Source: Smithellaceae bacterium (GTDB lineage: Bacteria > Desulfobacterota > Syntrophia > Syntrophales > Smithellaceae). Taken from it: a DNA stretch of 64,000 nucleotides. The notes below the pieces were generated by a model, which worked only from the letters and a program-made list of their open reading frames with translations, was not told where the DNA came from and made no database searches. Location: assembly GCA_963667845.2 (NCBI GenBank), contig CAXXVL010000002.1, positions 1,824,001-1,888,000 of the forward strand. Direction: 5' to 3'. This document shows, one piece after another, positions 57,417-64,000 of this stretch. Numbering within the stretch: the stretch's first letter is position 1; each line of letters begins with the position of its first letter. A program made the position numbers and the translations under genes.

Positions 57417-60400
57417 ATGAAAACGCAGAAACTATTATCATGGCTCTGCTTGCTCACGGTTCTGGCCGCACTCTTCTACGCAAGCGGTCCATCCGGTGCC
57501 GCTGTAGTGGTACCGCCGGGAGCAGCAGGATTCAACCCGAATGTGAACTACAACATCCCCAATTTCGCGTACAGTCCGAACATCAGGAAGTTTGTGGACT
57601 CACTGCCCGGTCTCGGCGCGGCAGGATGTACGCTGGGCAATCCTCTGGGCACGGGGACGTGTCATGAGAACAACCTTGGCCAGTATATTCCTCTCGCCGT
57701 TCCGGATCGGACGACCTATCCGGATGCTGACTATTACGTCCTCGGCGCCGTTGAGTACACCCAGAAGATGAACTCCGACCTGCCTGCCACCCGGCTGCGG
57801 GGCTACCGGCAGGAAAATGCCACGGATCCCCGGATCCAGAATATCAGCCAGTATCTGGGACCCGCGATCATCGCCAGAGCATATGACCCGACCAAACCGC
57901 AAGGGATTAATGGAAACGGTCGGGCAACGCGCGTTCTGTTTAAGAACGAGCTCCCGATCGGCGCCGCCGGCAACTTCTTCCTGCCCGTGGACACCACCCT
58001 CATGGGCGCAGGGATGGGACCTGTTAACGGGCAAAACTACACGCAGAACCGCGTCACCATTCCTCACCTCCACGGCGGCGCAACCCCGTGGATCAGTGAC
58101 GGAACACCCTTCCAATGGCTCACCCCGGCCAATGAAACGCGCACGCTGGGCAATGCCCTCTACCAGAAAGGCGCGAGTTTCCAGAACGTGCCCGACATGA
58201 TCGGTGCGGGCAAATCCATTGTGTCTCCCACCCCCGGCGATGGACTGGCGACGCTTTATTGGTCCAACCAGCAGAGTGCCCGGCTGATGTTCTACCACGA
58301 CCATGCTCAGGGGATAACCCGTTTGAACGTCTATGCGGGCATGGCCGCACCTTATCTAATCGTGGACCAGGCCGAGGATGACATGATCGATGGCACCAAT
58401 GTCTCCGGCGCTTTCACGACGCCCAAAGCAGTTCTCCCCAATCTGGGAGGCGTGTATAAGTATGGTATCCCCCTGGTCATCCAGGACCGGGCTTTTGTCA
58501 ACGACGCCACCACACCTCCGGGTGCCGGCTTCACCGGGATTCCGACTCCCTTGACGGCGACAGTGGATCCGCTCTGGTACAATGCCGCGCACACTTGGGT
58601 AGGCGGGACGGGAGTTGTCCCGGCCGGCGGCTCGCTGTGGTACCCCCACGAGGTGATGCCCAACGAGGATATTTATGATCCGAGCGGCGCGAACCCCCTG
58701 GGCCGATGGGACTATGGACCCTGGCTAGCTCCGGCAACCATCCCCGTATTTCCTAACCTGCCCAGCCCCAGCATTACGCCGGAATTCTTCGCCGATACGA
58801 TGGTGGTCAACGGCACAGCCTTTCCTTATGTGACACTGCCGCCGACGGCCGTACGCTTCCGGATACTCAATGCGTGCAACGACCGGTCACTCAACCTTTC
58901 GCTCTTTGTCGCCGACCCGGCCAACCCGACGGAAGTCAAGATGGTGCCGGCCAACGCGAATCCGGCCTACCCGACCTGGCCTGCCGACGGCCGCATGGGC
59001 GGGACAGCCGATCCGACGACCCAGGGTCCTCCCTGGATCCAGATCGGCAATGAGGGCGGACTTTTGCCGCAAGTCGCGGTGATTGCCCCGCAGACGATCA
59101 CGTTCGAGCAGAGCCGCCTGGTCCCGACAGTCTTGGACATCCTTTACAAGTCACTGCTTATAATGCCTGCCATGCGCGCCGATGTCATCGTGGACCTCTC
59201 CGCTTACGCGGGGCAGACTCTCATGCTTTACAACGACGCGCCGGCGCCCATGCCCCTCTATGACGACCGCTACGACCTCTCCACGGGGAAGGGCGATTTG
59301 ACTGCTCAGGGCGGCGCGCCTTCCAGCTCGCCCGGCTTCGGACCCAACACCCGCACGGTCATGCAGATTCGTGTAGCAGCATCCGGCGCAACTCCCTTTG
59401 ATCTGGCCTCGCTGCAAGCGGCTCTGCCGAAAGCCTACAAGGCCACGCAAGCCCCGCCGATCGTACCGCAGGCGGCTTATAACGCGGCCTTTGGCACAAC
59501 CAGCACGGATCTCTATATAAGGAACACGGACAATAGCGTAAACCTCACCGGCACGCCTCAGGCGGTTGCCAAGGTCCGGGCGGTCATCGGGGGTTCCGGT
59601 TATACCACACCGCCGGTCGTTAATTTTGTCACTGCCGACGGGAACGGATCGGGAGCCGTGGCAACGGCTTACCTGAATGGTGTTACGGGCGGAATCACGG
59701 TAACAGCCGGTGGTACCGGTTATACCCTTCCTCCAGTAATTACCATCACACCGGCAGCCGGTGATGTGACCGGAACCGGCGCGACGGCTTTTGCTTCCAT
59801 TTCGGGCGGCCTGGTTACCGCTATCACGGTTGACCAGCCGGGCCACAATTACACCCTCAATCCGACGGTCACAATCACCCGCGCAGCCGGTGACACGACC
59901 GGTGCCGGGGCCACGGCCGCGGCGTTAATCTCCACCGGCGTCGTGTCCGATATCCTGGTCACGAACGGCGGCTCCGGCTATACCCGGGCTCCCTTTGTCT
60001 ATCTCGTCGGAGGAGGCGGTACGGGAGCTAATGCCGATTCCATGCTGGTCGGCGATGTCCCGATAGATATGAAGAACCTCACTGAAGGGTTCGACCCCTG
60101 GTACGGCCGAATGAACCTCCAGCTCGGCACCACCCCGGTTCCGCTGAACCCGACTGCACCGGCGCCCCAGGTGCCCGGCCTGGCCTTGTACATCGACCCG
60201 CCGTCGGATTACTGGTATGACGGCAAAGTCCAGGTCTTCCGTCTGGCACACCTGGGCGTTGACAGCCATCCGATGCACTTTCACCTGGCCAACCTCCAGA
60301 TCGTCAACCGGGTGGACGCGACCAATACTATCTTGCCGCCCGATGCCAACGAAGTGGGCTGGCGGGAAACCATCAAGACGAACCCGTTTACGGACATCAT

Positions 60401-61994
60401 CGTGGCAGTCCAGCCGAAGTCGATGGTGCTCCCCTTTGCTATCCCCCGGAGCAGCAGGCTTCTGGATCCGACGACTGTAGCGGGCTCCACAGCCAACTGG
60501 GTGCAGCCGGCGCCTATTCCGGGTACGCCGACACCGGCCGGTATCTCCAATGTGCTGACCGATTTTAACTGGGAATACGTCTGGCATTGTCACATCCTGG
60601 CCCATGAAGAATTTGACGGGATGCGCCCGATTGTGTTTAATCCCATTTTGGCGGCATCGCCTACCGGTAACCCGGCGCCGATTGCAACGCCGTATCCGCA
60701 TTACAACAGTACTGCCTCGCCCAACTTCAAAAACCCGGCGATTACCTGGACCAGGGGAGTTGTGACCAATCCCCCCGCCGGCACGCTCTGGTATCGTTGG
60801 ACGCTCAATAACGGTACTACTTCGACGTTGCTGCGGAACTACGCCTCCACGACTACCTACTCCATGCCTGTCAACACCTATGGTTTGGGCTCGTACACGC
60901 TGACCGTCGACGCGCGCAGATCTACGGCGCTCGCGACGGACCCGCCGGATGCAACCGCGATTATCGACTTCGACATCATTCCGCCTCTCGCTACGGGAGT
61001 GACCTTAACTCCCAGCGTGGCAAGCCCGCACGCTTATCCCGTCACGTTTACTGCGGCGGGAGCGGGTTCTACAAATTACCTCTATCGGTTCTTTGTGGAC
61101 GGCGTCGTTGCGCAAGACTACAGTACCGTCGCTACGTTTACGCTGCCTCTCACAACAGCTCCCGGTCCTCACAGCGTAACGGTGGATGTCCGAACCAGCC
61201 GGATTTCAACAACACCGGATGTGACATCCACACCGGTCGCGTATACTCTTCTGGCCCCAAGCGGATTGATGTATGCGACCTTCGGCACGGGCACCTATGA
61301 ATGGAACGGCACTTCGCTCGTTCAAATCAACGCGGCCCAGGCGAACAGTATGGCGGCCGCAGGTAATCTGCTGTATGCGTCGTTTGCAAGCGGCGGCATC
61401 ATGGCCTGGAACGGGACAACCTGGACCCAGATTACACCCAATACTCCACAGTTTATGTCGGCCGCAGGTACGCTGTTGTATGGGTCCTTCGCGGGCGGCG
61501 GCGTCTGGTCATGGAATGGGACAACCTGGCTTCAGATTACACCTAATAATCCTCAATTTATGACAGCCGTCGGTTCGACGTTGTATGCAGCCTTCGCGGG
61601 CGCAGGCGTCTGGGCATGGAATGGGGCAACCTGGACTCAGGTGACACCCAACAATCCTCAGTTTATGTCGGCTTCGGGTACGCTGCTCTATGGAGCCTTC
61701 ACCGGCGGCGGCATCTGGGGATGGAACGGAACAACCTGGACTCAGACTTCGCCCAACGACCCACTGACCATTTCAGCCGCGGGTACTCTGTTGTATGGGT
61801 CTTTCACGAGTGCCGGCATCTGGAGATGGAACGGTACAACCTGGGCTCAGATTTCACCGAACAATCCGCAGGTTTTGGCGGCTTCCGGTTCGGCTTTGTT
61901 CGGAGCCTTCCCGGTTGACGGAATCTGGCAATACAACGGCACAACGTGGAGTCAGGTGACGCCGAATGTACCGACAATGATGGTCGGTTTCTAA
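57417..61994 (+). CDS. Giant secreted multicopper oxidase (MofA/OmpB-like) with repeat inserts, Ig-like domains and C-terminal propeller
   Basis: Copper motifs HLHGG, FYHDH, HPMHFH, WHCHILAHEEFDGM; Sec-type signal peptide. Confidence 0.92.
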   Translation: MKTQKLLSWLCLLTVLAALFYASGPSGAAVVVPPGAAGFNPNVNYNIPNFAYSPNIRKFVDSLPGLGAAGCTLGNPLGTGTCHENNLGQYIPLAVPDRTTYPDADYYVLGAVEYTQKMNSDLPATRLRGYRQENATDPRIQNISQYLGPAIIARAYDPTKPQGINGNGRATRVLFKNELPIGAAGNFFLPVDTTLMGAGMGPVNGQNYTQNRVTIPHLHGGATPWISDGTPFQWLTPANETRTLGNALYQKGASFQNVPDMIGAGKSIVSPTPGDGLATLYWSNQQSARLMFYHDHAQGITRLNVYAGMAAPYLIVDQAEDDMIDGTNVSGAFTTPKAVLPNLGGVYKYGIPLVIQDRAFVNDATTPPGAGFTGIPTPLTATVDPLWYNAAHTWVGGTGVVPAGGSLWYPHEVMPNEDIYDPSGANPLGRWDYGPWLAPATIPVFPNLPSPSITPEFFADTMVVNGTAFPYVTLPPTAVRFRILNACNDRSLNLSLFVADPANPTEVKMVPANANPAYPTWPADGRMGGTADPTTQGPPWIQIGNEGGLLPQVAVIAPQTITFEQSRLVPTVLDILYKSLLIMPAMRADVIVDLSAYAGQTLMLYNDAPAPMPLYDDRYDLSTGKGDLTAQGGAPSSSPGFGPNTRTVMQIRVAASGATPFDLASLQAALPKAYKATQAPPIVPQAAYNAAFGTTSTDLYIRNTDNSVNLTGTPQAVAKVRAVIGGSGYTTPPVVNFVTADGNGSGAVATAYLNGVTGGITVTAGGTGYTLPPVITITPAAGDVTGTGATAFASISGGLVTAITVDQPGHNYTLNPTVTITRAAGDTTGAGATAAALISTGVVSDILVTNGGSGYTRAPFVYLVGGGGTGANADSMLVGDVPIDMKNLTEGFDPWYGRMNLQLGTTPVPLNPTAPAPQVPGLALYIDPPSDYWYDGKVQVFRLAHLGVDSHPMHFHLANLQIVNRVDATNTILPPDANEVGWRETIKTNPFTDIIVAVQPKSMVLPFAIPRSSRLLDPTTVAGSTANWVQPAPIPGTPTPAGISNVLTDFNWEYVWHCHILAHEEFDGMRPIVFNPILAASPTGNPAPIATPYPHYNSTASPNFKNPAITWTRGVVTNPPAGTLWYRWTLNNGTTSTLLRNYASTTTYSMPVNTYGLGSYTLTVDARRSTALATDPPDATAIIDFDIIPPLATGVTLTPSVASPHAYPVTFTAAGAGSTNYLYRFFVDGVVAQDYSTVATFTLPLTTAPGPHSVTVDVRTSRISTTPDVTSTPVAYTLLAPSGLMYATFGTGTYEWNGTSLVQINAAQANSMAAAGNLLYASFASGGIMAWNGTTWTQITPNTPQFMSAAGTLLYGSFAGGGVWSWNGTTWLQITPNNPQFMTAVGSTLYAAFAGAGVWAWNGATWTQVTPNNPQFMSASGTLLYGAFTGGGIWGWNGTTWTQTSPNDPLTISAAGTLLYGSFTSAGIWRWNGTTWAQISPNNPQVLAASGSALFGAFPVDGIWQYNGTTWSQVTPNVPTMMVGF
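59563..60040 (+). repeat. Four ~40-aa Gly/Thr-rich repeats inside the oxidase
   Basis: V..GGSGYT.PP.V...G.GA.ATA units; boundaries approximate. Confidence 0.8.
61263..61990 (+). repeat. Seven ~35-aa repeats (predicted beta-propeller)
   Basis: LYGSF.GGGVW.WNGTTW.QITPNNPQ.M.A.G units. Confidence 0.9.
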
Positions 61995-62064
61995 AGGCGC
62001 CAAAATGATGTCAAAACGCGGTTTCAGGTTTCACGAAGTGTTTCATTTGTAACCAACCTTTAAC

Positions 62065-62110
62065 CATTCGGGGAGGGAGGCCTCCCTCCCCGAATGCTTC
62101 CTTTCTTTCA
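62065..62110 (+). terminator. Intrinsic terminator
   Basis: Perfect 32-bp palindrome CATTCGGGGAGGGAGGCCTCCCTCCCCGAATG followed by a pyrimidine tract. Confidence 0.8.
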
Positions 62111-62264
62111 ACCCCGAATTGACACGACCGAGTGATTCATACTTCGAGAGCAAAAACATTGACGAAGCAGTCATCTTCAATCGTATCCATAATGCACACG
62201 GCACCCCGCGTCGCATATGAAATCATCACAGATCAGCTGGTGTTGCGCTTGATCGGATCATCGA

Positions 62265-63779
62265 ATGGACACTAAATTGCCAAAAAAAATCTCTGTTCGG
62301 CAAAATGCCATAGCCAATTATACGGGGGCGTTTTGCCAGGCGATCCTGGGCTTTCTGTTTGTCCCCCTGTATATAAAATATCTGGGAATTGAAAGCTATG
62401 GCCTGATCGGATTCTCCGTCTCGCTCGCTGCTCTGCTGCGACTGGCTGATTTGGGATTGAGCTCGACATTGAGCCGGGAGTTTGCGCGCTTTTCGGTTTT
62501 GCCCGAAGCAGCCCGGCGGATGCGCAGCCTGCTCAAGACCCTGCAGAGTGTCTACTGGGCAATTTCTTTGGTGGTCGGGATCCTGATTGTAGCAGTCGCC
62601 CCGCTCATCGCCAGGTATTGGATCAATCCCGGTTCCCTGGATGTCCATGCGGTGCAAAACGCGGTCATGCTTATGGGATTAACGGCTGCGGTGCAGGGGC
62701 CGATGAGTCTTTATACGGGTGGTATCTTCGGTCTTCAGAGACATGTTCTGGGTAATGTGATTAACATTGTTTTAGCGGTCTTGCGCTTCGGGGGAGTGGT
62801 GCTGGCCCTGGCGCTCATTTCTCCCACCTTAAATACTTTCTTTATTTTTCAGTTTGGTGTGGCCGCTATCGGGGCCTTAAGCACGGGCATTATCCTCTGG
62901 CGTCTTGTGCCGCGAACCGGCATTTCTTCATCTTTCCAGATCTCGCAGATAAAATCGGTCTGGCGATTTGCCGCCGGGATGAGCCTTAATTCCGTTCTTG
63001 CGTTGATCTTGTTTCAGCTGGATAAAATAATTTTGATTAAAATTTTGCCATTGCGGATATTCGGTTATTACGCGGTAGCCAGTACCGCGGCCGTAGTGGT
63101 AACTTATCTCGGGGCTCCCCTTTTTACCACTTTTCTTCCCAAATACACCCAGTTGTATGCCGCCGGGAATGAGAAAGAGCTGAAGGCAGTATATCGGAGA
63201 AGCTGTCAGTTCAATGCAATCATCACGATTCCTACCGTCATATTTCTTGCCATTTTTTCCCGGGAGGCGCTCCTGATCTGGACGGGAAGTCCTGATATCG
63301 CCGAACATGCGCACCTGATATTGAGTCTGCTGGCTATCGGGTATGGATTAAATCAACTGGCGTCTCTACCCTACGCATTACAGACGGCGGCAGGATGGGT
63401 TGAGTTGAGTGTGTATACAAACGCGGCAGCGCTTCTTCTGCTTGTGCCTGCGCTCGTCATTGCCACCCGCTTCTATCAGGGCACAGGAGCCGCTGCGGTT
63501 TGGATCGCTCTAAATTGCATTTATGTCTTTGTCTTTATCAACCTGTTGCATCACCGTATTTTGAAGGGAGAGGCGAGGCACTGGTACGCGGGGATAGTGA
63601 TCCCGTTGATTTTAGCCGTATGTTTCGGATGGGCCGGGCGTTACTTTTTCGATGCAATCGAGGGACTCTGGCTCGCGGCGCGTGTGGGCTTATTGTGGAT
63701 TACAGTCCTTATTGTATGTACTTTGTCAATATCCGGTCTCAGACGCAAATTGCTTTTGCTGCCCAAAGAATATCAATAA
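62265..63779 (+). CDS. wzx: Oligosaccharide flippase (Wzx/MOP family)
   Basis: VPLYIKYLGIESYGLI, DLGLS, QLDKIIL, FGYYAVA; many TM helices. Confidence 0.9.
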   Translation: MDTKLPKKISVRQNAIANYTGAFCQAILGFLFVPLYIKYLGIESYGLIGFSVSLAALLRLADLGLSSTLSREFARFSVLPEAARRMRSLLKTLQSVYWAISLVVGILIVAVAPLIARYWINPGSLDVHAVQNAVMLMGLTAAVQGPMSLYTGGIFGLQRHVLGNVINIVLAVLRFGGVVLALALISPTLNTFFIFQFGVAAIGALSTGIILWRLVPRTGISSSFQISQIKSVWRFAAGMSLNSVLALILFQLDKIILIKILPLRIFGYYAVASTAAVVVTYLGAPLFTTFLPKYTQLYAAGNEKELKAVYRRSCQFNAIITIPTVIFLAIFSREALLIWTGSPDIAEHAHLILSLLAIGYGLNQLASLPYALQTAAGWVELSVYTNAAALLLLVPALVIATRFYQGTGAAAVWIALNCIYVFVFINLLHHRILKGEARHWYAGIVIPLILAVCFGWAGRYFFDAIEGLWLAARVGLLWITVLIVCTLSISGLRRKLLLLPKEYQ

Positions 63780-63801
63780 TAAATTACAGGAGAAATTTTC
63801 A

Positions 63802-64000
63802 ATGCGCAATTTGGTTTTCGGTTCGGAAGGTTTTGTGGGTCATCCCCTGGTCCATTACTTGAGACGGCTTGGCGAAGAGGTGGTGGAGTGCGACATCAAA
63901 CGCAGTGTCAAGGAAGATCTCCGTTATGCCCGGTTGGATTTCACAGGTATTGACCGTGTCTATTTTCTGGCGTGGGATGTCGGCGGCGCGAAATATCTCT
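63802..64000 (+). CDS. NAD-dependent epimerase/dehydratase, truncated by window end
   Basis: RBS AGGAG; MRNLVFGSEGFVGHPL...VYFLAWDVGGAKYL. Confidence 0.85.
   Translation, partial: MRNLVFGSEGFVGHPLVHYLRRLGEEVVECDIKRSVKEDLRYARLDFTGIDRVYFLAWDVGGAKYL

Noticed and set aside
57600..60701. Minus-strand ORFs of 230-260 aa opposite the oxidase
   Set aside because: Antisense shadows with no recognisable domains
1..64000. CRISPR array
   Set aside because: No run of equal-length repeats with unique spacers seen; all tandem repeats found are coding or short motifs

Overview
Bacterial chromosomal window. Gene content and protein style suggest an anaerobic Desulfobacterota/Syntrophales-like organism (inference). 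Bases 1 to ~42388 are a visibly AT-richer genomic island integrated at the 3' end of a tRNA-Glu gene (42389-42464, minus strand); its other end lies outside the window. From left to right the island carries: an attC-like site with a cassette-like lipoprotein gene; a 2271-bp element with two tandem tyrosine recombinases, 16-bp terminal inverted repeats and a 7-bp flanking direct repeat, which splits a reconstructable gene; an IS3 remnant; paralogues of housekeeping genes (tatA/B, csp, khpA, ihfB, ihfA, dinB); an SSB/SWIM-annealase/AddB-like nuclease/UvrD/DUF932 recombination module; a defence cluster (SNF2 helicase, GGCT, type III mod/res, a possible glycosylase-fold protein, DUF433-PIN toxin-antitoxin pair); two-component genes; and a membrane-anchored sigma54 activator divergent from a consensus sigma54 promoter that reads through a structured leader into excisionase and integrase. 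The GC-richer host region to the right has polX, a nitroreductase, an uncharacterised glycyl radical enzyme operon with a FadR regulator, prmA-rsmE-RDD, tRNA-Phe with a ~2-kb decayed mini-island (44-bp att duplication), an FKBP plus a giant MofA/OmpB-like multicopper oxidase, and the start of a polysaccharide locus. No CRISPR array was seen. All family assignments come from motif recognition by eye, not database searches.
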